Source: a virus
Virus record (IMG/VR): IMGVR_UViG_3300037245_003639
Length of the DNA stretch: 64,000 nt
Strand: one strand, 5' to 3'
The notes below the pieces were generated by a model that saw only the letters and a program-made list of their open reading frames with translations, did not search any database and was not told the origin of the DNA. Both the position numbers and the translations under genes were made by a program. Shown in pieces: positions 45,158-54,642 of the stretch; positions within the stretch are counted from its first letter, which is position 1; every line of letters begins with the position of its first letter.

Positions 45158-47008
45158 CTATCTCTTAATGAGCAACTTCTGAGGATCTGTTGTCCAATTG
45201 CTAATAGCTGAACCTAATGAATCTAAAATTCTCCACCGAATGAAGTAAGTCTCTGTTCTAGTTAAATAATTGGCTTCAGGAGCCTGAAATCTAATACGTC
45301 GTCCACTAAAACTTGAAGAAAGTCCTTCACTGATAATTTGAACAAATCTATTGGTTTCTTGTTCGAATTTCCAACCTGTGTTGTCCGTGAAACTTGAACT
45401 ATCGACCGCCAAAACGGTGAATGCATTATTAGCTGCCACCTGTAATTCGAAGAAGACGTTTTCGTATCTCTGTCTAGGATGAATATAAGTAAACTCATAC
45501 TGCCAGCTTCCCTCTTCATAAATCAAAGATGTGGCAATTGAGGCAGTCGGTATCCCAGCGGTAATTAGATCGTTCAGGAACTCTGTTGTCTTTTCATTAT
45601 GAGCTTCTAGCCAATCAGCAAATTCCAAACCGGTAGTCAGGGGAATATAACGGATAAGTGCTTGCACCGCAGACGTAAACAGGCTATATTGTGACTGGTC
45701 ACTCCTGAGTGTTCTCCACTGATTAATGGGATAAAGAAGATCTATCTCTTCCCAGACTTCCTGTTGTAGATAAGCAAAGTCCAAAAGATTGCCTGCCAGT
45801 CGGGATTGACGCATCGCATAACCCACCGCTTCTTCGATGGCTTCCTTGGCTAAACGAATACCTTCGTCATTAGAAATTAACGAGTAACTCGGGTCATCTT
45901 CGTTTGGAATATCTACGGGGAAGTTAACAACCATCAGTGGGTCACCGATGAGAATTATCTTCCAATCGACGACAGGAGAAGCATATAAAAAGGCTTCACC
46001 AATGGACGCTCCCTGATGCAAAGCTGCAAAGAAAACTCTTGGTCGCAGATAGTTGGCTTCTCCAGGAGCATCTACTGCTCCAGCGCAACATGCGTAACCA
46101 GGTTCAGCATGAATAGCGACATTACACCATGGGTCACTTCCCTGGGAACTAAGTTCTTCAGTTATCGCTGATGCAGCATCCTCATCTGCGTTGTAGAGAA
46201 AGACTCGTCTCTGATTTTGATTCAGAAATAGACCGGTGGTATATCGTGGTGTAAACCATCCCCAGTAAAAAGAATCATATCTGAAATACCCCACCAGAGG
46301 ATCACTGCCATCTATAGGAAGAACGGTAATTTGGGGTTCCAACCCGAGGTCAGTAAGCCCATTGTTCACAAAATAAAGGATGTCATCACGGTAATCTTCT
46401 TGATCAGATGTAGCTTGCAGACCGTAGGGATCGAGATATACTTGTCCCGAAACAAAATGTTGATTATCGACATCGATAGCTCGGTCGATTAGTGTTAAAG
46501 CATCATCCTTGGTTGGGCCGTTGATAACAGCCGTCATATATAATCCGATTGAGTCTTCCTCGTCGAAATATTTGAAGACCTGCCTATCATAGAGATAGTT
46601 GGCAAATTGGTCTTCTTCTGTGAAGCCGAGACGATGCAAACGACTGGCTACTGCTTTGGTTGCTCCTGAGTAATAGGGGTCATATGGATCTTCTTCCAAA
46701 TAAGCCACAGGAACATTGTAACCAAGGATAATTACCCAAATCTCTCTTGCTCCACTGGAAGATAAATTGTCATCCAGGACAGCAATGGCAGTTGCCAGAG
46801 GTTGTTCAATGGTTGAGATGTAATCTGCGTAAGATATAATCTCATCGGATGCACAAGGAAGTGCAATTAAATTAGAAGCAGGTATGCCTCGAAGACTGCG
46901 GTAGTATTGGGCGACTTCCAGAGAATCTGCGTCACCCTGCCGGTAGGCAAAAACCACTCGGTCGGGCGTAACATTGTGTTGTACAGGAACATATTCAGTT
47001 ACTGGCAT
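45158..47008 (-). CDS. Hypothetical protein (616 aa)
   Basis: ORF. Confidence 0.5.
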   Translation of the reverse strand: MPVTEYVPVQHNVTPDRVVFAYRQGDADSLEVAQYYRSLRGIPASNLIALPCASDEIISYADYISTIEQPLATAIAVLDDNLSSSGAREIWVIILGYNVPVAYLEEDPYDPYYSGATKAVASRLHRLGFTEEDQFANYLYDRQVFKYFDEEDSIGLYMTAVINGPTKDDALTLIDRAIDVDNQHFVSGQVYLDPYGLQATSDQEDYRDDILYFVNNGLTDLGLEPQITVLPIDGSDPLVGYFRYDSFYWGWFTPRYTTGLFLNQNQRRVFLYNADEDAASAITEELSSQGSDPWCNVAIHAEPGYACCAGAVDAPGEANYLRPRVFFAALHQGASIGEAFLYASPVVDWKIILIGDPLMVVNFPVDIPNEDDPSYSLISNDEGIRLAKEAIEEAVGYAMRQSRLAGNLLDFAYLQQEVWEEIDLLYPINQWRTLRSDQSQYSLFTSAVQALIRYIPLTTGLEFADWLEAHNEKTTEFLNDLITAGIPTASIATSLIYEEGSWQYEFTYIHPRQRYENVFFELQVAANNAFTVLAVDSSSFTDNTGWKFEQETNRFVQIISEGLSSSFSGRRIRFQAPEANYLTRTETYFIRWRILDSLGSAISNWTTDPQKLLIKR

Positions 47009-47011
47009 AGA

Positions 47012-50000
47012 TTATCGCCTCGGGGGCTGCCGCCAAAGCTCGTCTAATTCCTCCGCAGGAGGAATAGCTACATCTTCTTCATATCCTTGTCGGCGGAGGC
47101 GTTCCTCCGTAGTTCCGGGATCATACACTCCTCCTTCGAACATCGCTTCAAGTTCTTCAGGGGAAACATCGCCTTCATCAGGTTCGCTGGGTTGCAATCC
47201 GGCAAATTCTCCAGGCCCCTCCTCCTCGAATGGATCGAAATTTTGGGTGTTAATTACATGCTGCCTGACCACAGATTTAGCCGCGGATCTCAAATCTCCG
47301 GTTTCATCGAACAGGAATGATAAATCATGAACTGCATTTTTCATCCATTCTGCGAAAATGTTACGGTTGTTTTCGTTTTGTTCCCAACCTCCGTTTTCTG
47401 TTTCAAATTCAGGCCCTCGTAACTCTGGGCTTTCTCTTCGCATTACTTCGAAGAACTTATCCAGACTGGTATGTAACATAAGAGCTTGGGAACCTGTTAG
47501 CGGAGTTTCCGCGTCGGGAGCGGCACGTTCGGCTCCAAGGCTGTGTTTTTCAGTAGCGTATTGTCTGGCCATATCTTCAAATCCAGGGGGCATTTTATCT
47601 CTTGCGATCTCAGCCCATAGATTAAAGATCTCTTCATCGCTATGCGTTCCTGCTGGTCTTAACTCATTGAAATACGCATCCAAAGTTGTCTGCCATATCG
47701 GAGAGTTACTACGAGGGTCTATGCCCTCCCATTCAGTGGCCTCTTTATAGAATGCTCGTTTTACCCAATTGTCCATAGTTTGCTTCCTCGATGCGTAACG
47801 CAGGTCTTCCCCGCCTAAGTCGATTTCGTACCAATTGCGGTTATACGCTTTCGCTGAACTAGCGCCATATTGTTGCGCAGTGCGATTATATATTCGTTCA
47901 AAAAGTTGTTTCTTTTCAGGGCCTCCAAATTCAGCCCAAATCTTCATAAGCTCATCTGCTGTAATAATTCGGACTTTCTCAAACCCTCTCCCCTTTGCCT
48001 CTCGGATAGCCACATTAAAAAACAATGGAATCCAATCTTTGAAGCGATTTTCCAGTTTGGACCGCCAATCATGCCATTTACCAGGATCTTTGCTTGTGTA
48101 CAGGTCCGTGTCGGTCTGAACACCCGATTCCATTTTGTTACGGGCATCTCGAAGTTGCTCCTCTAAACCCTCAAGTTCCATCGCGCTCTTAGACCGTCGT
48201 ATGGAATCATCAGCCCCTTCGGGCATCTGAGATAACTGTCCCTGAAGCTTTTCCAGCAGAACCTGGTTTTTCTGGAACTGAGTATCTTGCGGCTGGCCCA
48301 TTCTGGACATATATGTAAGTTGTTCTTGTTCCTTGTTTATAGCATCAATTTTTTGTTGGAGTTTGTCTCTAGGGCTGACTATCGGTTCTTCCATTTTCGA
48401 TCGGATTCTGTGAACCCGATCTTGAAGACGAGCAACCTCACCTTCCCAAAATTTAGTTACTTTCTTGGGATCTCGCATATAAGGAGTGCGTTGCATAATA
48501 TCACTCTGCACTTCTGTGATATACATCACTTTCTCACTATAATCGGCATAACCCCCAATCCAACCCAATGGGGGCACACCTTCCGTCTTCTGAACAGTGT
48601 GGAAAGGCAATTCGGTCATTAACTCACGCGGAATGCGGTCTTGTTCCTTTTCATTTGTCTCTCTCCCCTGAATCATTTCAGATCCAGGTGAAACAGAAAT
48701 CTGGAACGGCTCCAAGAAATCAGGCATCCCTCCGTGTCCCGAGCCAGGATAAGAACCACGCTGAAGACTATATTGATGTGGAAATGGTCTTTGAGATATC
48801 CCAAGTTCTTTCAGTTTTTGCAATTCCTCTGGAGAAAGTTGTTCCGCTCCCGGATTAAGCATATGATGATATTTCTCTTGTTCCGCTGCTTGTTGTTGTT
48901 GCTGCTGTAGGTAGAGTTGCCTGGCTTGTTCTTGACGTTCTGCATCTTGTTCTCGTTGAAGCATAACAGCCTGAATAGCATCATTGGCTCGAATGGATTC
49001 GGGAATAACCACATCACTTTTACCAATGGCTTCTTCAACCCCTCGTAATACTGCCCGAGGATCTGGGGCCAAACGGTTTATTTCGTTTGAGAACAACTGT
49101 TTCAAAGTATCATTGGAACTAATGATATCTTTAATGCCCTGGGTATACATGGACGTTGTGCCAACCACCTTGTATACACTGGATGCTATGCTCCCAGCTT
49201 CTTCCATCGCATTTAGAGCCGAAAGGATTTTAGATATGCTCATGTCTTTGCGTTCATCGTCTTCCTCTTCAGGCATGATATCGCGGTAATATTCATCTTT
49301 GAATAATTCGTAGGGATCGAATCCTAATCGATGATTCATTTCCCTGGCATGTTCCTTAGAATATTCAGTATCACTGTCGGATATACTTTGCTCCGCGTTC
49401 TCTTTGAGATCTGCTCCATGATACTCCGTGTACCAATCAGATACTGTGCTATCACGGTCAAAGGTATCATCAGCTTTGTCCCTCAACTGTGCATCATCAA
49501 CCCACTCGACATCTCCTGGTATCTCTTTTCGATCCCAAGAATTCATTTCATTATTCGACCAGATTTCTGAGAATAGTTCCGCAGTGAATTTAGCCATTGT
49601 TTCATAGAACTCTTCCATCGGCCTGACATTATCAGGGTCTTCCGCAGCCGTTTGGTAAGCTGCTTGAATGTCCGCAACTGATATATCTAACGGGATGCCC
49701 TGATTGGTAAAAGCTTGTTCATACTCTGTCATTTTCTCCCATAACCCTTGAAGTGCTTCGGGAGCGGGAAGATCGCGCTTACCTAATGTTTCTTCGTAGT
49801 AGTCTTTTAAAAGTTGTGGAAGGTTCGTGTCGTCATCAATGTATTTGAGAAAACTTTCCCATTGGTCTTCTTTAAGGCGAGTGAAGTCCAAATCAGCCAC
49901 GTACATATCAGCGTATGTGCCTATCTCATCTTTTACTCGTTCTTCATCTGGCTCATAATCAGGTCGAGGATAGTTGGTATAGTATGTGTCGTATACAGGA

Positions 50001-50299
50001 ATTCCCTGTTCATTTTTGATTATCTGTCTATTCTCGTCATATCGATATTGTCTCTGAGATTCTTGTTCTATTTCGATATCTTCATACAGAGTCTCAAAAA
50101 TGGTATGAAAATATTCCAAAGCAGTTGTCACTACATCTTTGAATTGGGCCGCACTACGCATTTGACGCAAATCAGCTACCCCCGGTCCTTCAAACAGATA
50201 GCCCTGACCTAACTGTTCAGGTGGTATCTCCAGGATTTGCTGTAAGCCATTGACTGATAATGGCACTATATGTTGTGAGAATTTGATAAGCCAGTTCAT
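47012..50299 (-). CDS. Large protein of about 1095 aa, paralog A of the 59025..61814 gene
   Basis: The corrected start is MNWLIKFSQ, preceded by GAGGCTATCC-ATG. The ORF-track TTG extension is removed. Shared blocks with paralog B are GWIGGYADYS..YITEVQSDIMQRTPYMRD and WHDWRSKLENRFKDWIPLFFNVAIREAK. Confidence 0.6.
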   Translation of the reverse strand: MNWLIKFSQHIVPLSVNGLQQILEIPPEQLGQGYLFEGPGVADLRQMRSAAQFKDVVTTALEYFHTIFETLYEDIEIEQESQRQYRYDENRQIIKNEQGIPVYDTYYTNYPRPDYEPDEERVKDEIGTYADMYVADLDFTRLKEDQWESFLKYIDDDTNLPQLLKDYYEETLGKRDLPAPEALQGLWEKMTEYEQAFTNQGIPLDISVADIQAAYQTAAEDPDNVRPMEEFYETMAKFTAELFSEIWSNNEMNSWDRKEIPGDVEWVDDAQLRDKADDTFDRDSTVSDWYTEYHGADLKENAEQSISDSDTEYSKEHAREMNHRLGFDPYELFKDEYYRDIMPEEEDDERKDMSISKILSALNAMEEAGSIASSVYKVVGTTSMYTQGIKDIISSNDTLKQLFSNEINRLAPDPRAVLRGVEEAIGKSDVVIPESIRANDAIQAVMLQREQDAERQEQARQLYLQQQQQQAAEQEKYHHMLNPGAEQLSPEELQKLKELGISQRPFPHQYSLQRGSYPGSGHGGMPDFLEPFQISVSPGSEMIQGRETNEKEQDRIPRELMTELPFHTVQKTEGVPPLGWIGGYADYSEKVMYITEVQSDIMQRTPYMRDPKKVTKFWEGEVARLQDRVHRIRSKMEEPIVSPRDKLQQKIDAINKEQEQLTYMSRMGQPQDTQFQKNQVLLEKLQGQLSQMPEGADDSIRRSKSAMELEGLEEQLRDARNKMESGVQTDTDLYTSKDPGKWHDWRSKLENRFKDWIPLFFNVAIREAKGRGFEKVRIITADELMKIWAEFGGPEKKQLFERIYNRTAQQYGASSAKAYNRNWYEIDLGGEDLRYASRKQTMDNWVKRAFYKEATEWEGIDPRSNSPIWQTTLDAYFNELRPAGTHSDEEIFNLWAEIARDKMPPGFEDMARQYATEKHSLGAERAAPDAETPLTGSQALMLHTSLDKFFEVMRRESPELRGPEFETENGGWEQNENNRNIFAEWMKNAVHDLSFLFDETGDLRSAAKSVVRQHVINTQNFDPFEEEGPGEFAGLQPSEPDEGDVSPEELEAMFEGGVYDPGTTEERLRRQGYEEDVAIPPAEELDELWRQPPRR

Positions 50300-50327
50300 G
50301 GATAGCCTCAACTATCCTATTTTACAC

Positions 50328-50358
50328 AAAAAAGGCCCCCATTCCTTGCAGAAAGGGG
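50328..50358 (-). terminator. Rho-independent terminator downstream of the RNR gene
   Basis: The minus strand reads GAGTCCCCTTTCTGCAAGGAATGGGGGCC followed by TTTTTT. Confidence 0.5.
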
Positions 50359-50382
50359 ACTCATTTAAGATAGAAACCAGAC

Positions 50383-52635
50383 TTATCCGCAGCGAGAGTG
50401 CAGACAGACAGGACACTTCAGACAAGCCGCATCTGATTGCATCTCCGTCTTCTTGCCCTTCTTAGCACATTTCTCGCAATAACGGTCCTCGGAAACAGCC
50501 AGAATCTCATCCACGGTCAAATAGTGTTTCTTAAGAATCCGTCCAACGGCTTTCGAAAAACTGGTCAATTTGTCGCTGCTCTTATCGATTTGCTGCACAA
50601 TATACTTCGGGAGGATGCCATGACGAAGCTCCAGACTGAAGCGCCGAGTCTCCAAGCCCAATCTGGGGTCAATTTCTTCTTCAACTATGTTTAGATTATC
50701 AATCAGAATCTCACCAGATTCGTCCAGAAGCGAGTAATGTCTTTTTTTCCTCTTCATTACCTGGCCTTGTGACGGCAGATTTTCGTAACCACCATTAACA
50801 GCAAAAATTTCATAAGGCTGGTTGTTCTCAAGTCCTACGATAATATGCCACTGCATGCCCTCGGCCGTCGTTCTGTAAATATCACAGGCAACAGTTCTGG
50901 GTCGAGGTCGAGAGAGATTAGCTCCATAGTTAGTGTTGGTTTTGTCGTCCGACGTAAGCACTTGAGATGTTTTGCACTCGTCTCGATAAATGGTGATTCC
51001 TTTACAACCTTTTTTCCAAGCCCGAAAATAAGCTTCAGCGATATTTTTCTTAGTCGCATTGTTAGGCATGTTGATTGTTTTGGAGATTCCCGAATCGACG
51101 TTCTTTTGGAATGCTGACTGCATATCTACATGCTGTTTCCAATCAACTTCTCGGGCTCCATCCCGATCTTTGTCTATGGCACATCTGAAATACATTTCAT
51201 CTGCTTGCGGATGCGACATCTTGTAATTACCAGTGTTATCTGAGCGATATGTAGTAGGGGCATAGATGGGTTCAGCCGAACTGGAACATCCTGCTATAAT
51301 GGCAATTGAACCTGTGGGCGCCAGCGAGAGGGTTGTGGCATTGCGACGGTAATCCAATTCTCGATACTTACAAGATTTTGGAGTGCCACGTTCTTCAGCC
51401 AACTCAACCGATTTCTCGTGAGTTACATCTTTGAAGAATTTAGACATCTTTTCCGCATAAACGATAGAAGGTTCTTCTCCATAAGCCATATGCTTCTTCA
51501 ACAATAGATCTGCCCAACCCATGATGCCCAAACCCACGGGGCGGTTGTCCTGAGCCCATTGCTTAAATTCTTCGGTGGGGAATTGATTCTTGTCGATAAC
51601 GTTGTCCAAAAACTGGAAAGATGCGCGAATGTCATCCCTTAGTTCATTCCAATTTACGTCATCAAAATCAGGAATGTAATATTTTGAGACATCGATAGAA
51701 CCTAAATTACACGATCCCCATTGCGGTAGCATTTGTTCTCCGCAGGGGTTTGTGGCCGTAAGCTCTTGTCCACTATGTTTGTAAGGCCCATTGTTAATGG
51801 CGTTGTAGAACAATATTCCTGGGTCACCATTGTTCCAGGAATTTGCTACAATTAGATCAAACACGTCATGAGCTTTGATGCTTTCGTAAACTTCGCCGCC
51901 GAAGCGTAAATCAAAAAGACCATCCTTTTCAACGGCCTGCATAAACTCATCAGTTATTAGAACAGAGATATTGAAATTGGATATAAACTTATCCAACATA
52001 ATGTTTGCATGTTCATGAGTATGACCGTTCAGTTTGTCGAAGTGATTGAAGAAATCTTCTTTGAGTTGGTATTTCAGGGCGAACTCGCGTTGTTTACAGG
52101 TAATGAATGTATGAATGTCAGGATGATCTACCCGCAGCACGCCCATATTAGCCATGCCTCGAAATCCCGCTTGAGTAATCGAATTCATAGCCTCAGATAC
52201 AACAATCATATGACGAACGGGGCCGCACGCTTTATAGTGAGTAGAGCCAAATACTCTATCGCCTGAAGGTCTGATTTGCGAGAAGTCAACTCCGCATCCG
52301 CCCCCACGGCGGGCAATATGCCCAAAGTTGGCTATGTTTTCACACATACCAATCCAACTATCTTCTGGGCTTTTGGTTACAAAACACGCCAGCAATCCAC
52401 CAACTGGATTGCCAGCGTTTACAAGACAAGGGGAGTTTGGAAGAAACCTGGTGGAGTAAAGCAGTTTCGAGATTTTCTTTTTGAACTCTTGGGATTCGTG
52501 GCCACAAACTGCCTTCGTTACCCTTTGAACTAACCCATCCCAGTCTTCAATGTTATTGCCATCATCATCCTTACGATAATATCGCGTGGCGGCGACGTTA
52601 CGCGCCGCGGCGTTGAGTGGACACTCTTTTCCCAT
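50383..52635 (-). CDS. nrdJ: Ribonucleotide reductase, class II type (NrdJ-like)
   Basis: The active-site motifs are NPCGEQMLPQWGSCNLGSIDVS and LAPTGSIAIIAGCSSSAEP. The C-terminal Zn ribbon is CEKC...CLKCPVC. The corrected start is MGKECPLN, preceded by GAGGAGA and a 7-nt spacer. Confidence 0.8.
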   Translation of the reverse strand: MGKECPLNAAARNVAATRYYRKDDDGNNIEDWDGLVQRVTKAVCGHESQEFKKKISKLLYSTRFLPNSPCLVNAGNPVGGLLACFVTKSPEDSWIGMCENIANFGHIARRGGGCGVDFSQIRPSGDRVFGSTHYKACGPVRHMIVVSEAMNSITQAGFRGMANMGVLRVDHPDIHTFITCKQREFALKYQLKEDFFNHFDKLNGHTHEHANIMLDKFISNFNISVLITDEFMQAVEKDGLFDLRFGGEVYESIKAHDVFDLIVANSWNNGDPGILFYNAINNGPYKHSGQELTATNPCGEQMLPQWGSCNLGSIDVSKYYIPDFDDVNWNELRDDIRASFQFLDNVIDKNQFPTEEFKQWAQDNRPVGLGIMGWADLLLKKHMAYGEEPSIVYAEKMSKFFKDVTHEKSVELAEERGTPKSCKYRELDYRRNATTLSLAPTGSIAIIAGCSSSAEPIYAPTTYRSDNTGNYKMSHPQADEMYFRCAIDKDRDGAREVDWKQHVDMQSAFQKNVDSGISKTINMPNNATKKNIAEAYFRAWKKGCKGITIYRDECKTSQVLTSDDKTNTNYGANLSRPRPRTVACDIYRTTAEGMQWHIIVGLENNQPYEIFAVNGGYENLPSQGQVMKRKKRHYSLLDESGEILIDNLNIVEEEIDPRLGLETRRFSLELRHGILPKYIVQQIDKSSDKLTSFSKAVGRILKKHYLTVDEILAVSEDRYCEKCAKKGKKTEMQSDAACLKCPVCLHSRCG

Positions 52636-52732
52636 GCTTACATTCTCCTCAATTCCATATAACGGTGAAGGCAATATTCACAAATTCAATCTCAGTTCCT
52701 TCACCGATTTTCAAAGGGACATAGAGCGTGGA

Positions 52733-53461
52733 CTATACTGCTGGATCGAAGAGACCTTCCTGTTGGGCTTTGTATTTTTCTTTGATTTCGACACGTTTTT
52801 GTTCGCGCTTTCTGGCCTTCCGGGTTTGCTGTTTTGCTTTCTTTAGCTCTTTCTGCGATTTCGGTTTCTTTGCACTGATGTTGGTTGTGCCGGTCGCTTG
52901 TAATCGCTTTCTTGCTTGTCTCTTGGCATGAATTTTGGCTTTACGCTTGTCGTTGCGTTCCTGCATTTTTTCTTGAGTTGATTGAACGGTAGGCAAATCG
53001 ACAAGTAATTTGCCCTCTAAATGGTCGTATTCATGTTGAACGATGACAGCCTCTGTCCAATTCAATTCTAAAGGACCATCGACATCACTCAGGAAAAAAC
53101 CATTTTGATCTTCGGATAATTCGACGATGCGATCCGCATCAATGACAACGCAAGCACACCTTTCAACAGTCCGCATGACGCCTGGAAGAGAAAGACAACC
53201 TTCAGTGGAAGGAGTTGTATTCTCACCCATCTCTTCAAACCTGGGATTTACAAAACCGTATCTGCGGTTCAAAGCAGGCAACCAGGCGATAAAGACCCTT
53301 TGTAATGTGTTTATTTGGGGTGCAGAAAGACCCAACTGTCTGTCAGGCAAGGAGTCGCATAAGTCATGGAGTAAATTGAGAGTTTCTGCTGATTTGGGAT
53401 CAACTGGTTCTGATTTTTGATGCAGCAACTCTCGGTCAGTAATGATAGTTCGCTTAGCCAT
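52733..53461 (-). CDS. def: Peptide deformylase with a long Lys/Arg-rich C-terminal extension
   Basis: The three PDF motifs are GLSAPQI, EGCLSLPG and QHEYDHLEG. The basic tail is about 80 aa long. Confidence 0.85.
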   Translation of the reverse strand: MAKRTIITDRELLHQKSEPVDPKSAETLNLLHDLCDSLPDRQLGLSAPQINTLQRVFIAWLPALNRRYGFVNPRFEEMGENTTPSTEGCLSLPGVMRTVERCACVVIDADRIVELSEDQNGFFLSDVDGPLELNWTEAVIVQHEYDHLEGKLLVDLPTVQSTQEKMQERNDKRKAKIHAKRQARKRLQATGTTNISAKKPKSQKELKKAKQQTRKARKREQKRVEIKEKYKAQQEGLFDPAV

Positions 53462-53477
53462 AGTAGTCCTCTTAGAC

Positions 53478-53492
53478 TACATTATACAACGA
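53478..53492 (-). promoter_or_regulatory. -10 like box TTGTATAATG upstream of the PDF gene
   Basis: The minus strand reads TCGTTGTATAATGTAGTCTAAGAGGACTACTA-ATG. Confidence 0.45.
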
Positions 53493-53738
53493 CTAAGCTT
53501 TGCGAAAGACGTTTATAGGATTGATCGCCCACAGGAATTTGTTGGACTTTGCTTGCGACTTCGCGTCCATTGCAACAATCTTTTTCTTATCGACCTGAAT
53601 CCTGCGATAAGTGTTAAAGATGATAACCAACAATTCACCGAGCGTCGCGGCGGCTCCAGCCAATATGACTTTGTGAGACGCTAAATATTCTATGAGTTCA
53701 CTTAGCATGGCCCCCTCCAAAAAAGAAACCAGCCCCAC
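53493..53738 (-). CDS. Small membrane protein of 81 aa with one TM helix. It is holin-like, but this is speculative.
   Basis: VILAGAAATLGELLVIIF is a hydrophobic helix. The C-terminus is basic. Confidence 0.4.
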   Translation of the reverse strand: MGLVSFLEGAMLSELIEYLASHKVILAGAAATLGELLVIIFNTYRRIQVDKKKIVAMDAKSQAKSNKFLWAINPINVFRKA

Positions 53739-53760
53739 AGTAGCGAGGCTGGCTCTTTGG

Positions 53761-54444
53761 TTAGTCCTCTAATTCTACGTTCCAGTATAGTTCGTCGTTC
53801 TGGACTTTCAAGAACTGAGCCCAGGACTTCGGGAACCGTTGGAAACGTCGAATAGAATAAATCGGGCTCCAGCATGGAGCTTTCGGACGTTCGTAGTATT
53901 TCGGTCGCAGGTGACCGTTTTTCTCGATCATCTGACGCAGAGTCATGCCTGCTTGCTCCGGGGTTCGGTTATCCTTGTGCTTGTTGCAACTGACACAAGC
54001 CAAAACGCAGTTCTCGAAGCAGGTCACGCTTTTGTCGTGCTGCTGTCGATTCCAGATCGCCTTCGGGACAACGTGGTCCACAGAGATCTCATCATGTCGT
54101 GGACGCTTACCACAATACTGGCAGCGGAAACGGTCCCGCTTCCATAGGTTGCGGCGAGAGAATACCACAGTACGACGAGGCACTTTGTCGTAGTGATTGA
54201 CTACGACTTCGGGAACCAGAATACGCTGACGAGCCGCTTGGATGAAACGACCGTCTCCGACTTCTTGCTCCATCCATCCTTCCATGTCATGGAGCGTAAA
54301 CGACTGCGGATGGACCACTCGCGCTTTTTCAGCCATTACGTCTGTAATGGCCTCACGCGCAGTTGTCGCATCAATTGCGAACCATCCCTTGTTCAAAACA
54401 AGGACTGGGCTATCCAGGGCTGTCGTTTCTAAAGTCGCTACCAT
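53761..54444 (-). CDS. HNH endonuclease
   Basis: CQYCGKRPRHDEISVDHVVPKAIWN...NCVLACVSCNKHKDNRT fits the HNH pattern C..C..H.....DH..P.....N...C..CN..K. Confidence 0.75.
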   Translation of the reverse strand: MVATLETTALDSPVLVLNKGWFAIDATTAREAITDVMAEKARVVHPQSFTLHDMEGWMEQEVGDGRFIQAARQRILVPEVVVNHYDKVPRRTVVFSRRNLWKRDRFRCQYCGKRPRHDEISVDHVVPKAIWNRQQHDKSVTCFENCVLACVSCNKHKDNRTPEQAGMTLRQMIEKNGHLRPKYYERPKAPCWSPIYSIRRFQRFPKSWAQFLKVQNDELYWNVELED

Positions 54445-54453
54445 AACATCACC

Positions 54454-54642
54454 TCACTCATACAACTCCATTTTTTTCTTACGTCCCTTGCCAACACATT
54501 TAGCTTGGAGCCGCTTTTGATGCGCCTCCCGGGCCTTTACGTCCTCGATAGTGGGGGAGAAATGCGAAAAATGCAGTCTCATCCACGCTTCGGAGGGAGC
54601 TTTAGCCATATTATAATGGATTAGTGCTTCTGTCAACCTCAT
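54454..54642 (-). CDS. Small basic protein (62 aa)
   Basis: The ORF overlaps the DHH gene stop by 4 nt. Confidence 0.4.
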   Translation of the reverse strand: MRLTEALIHYNMAKAPSEAWMRLHFSHFSPTIEDVKAREAHQKRLQAKCVGKGRKKKMELYE

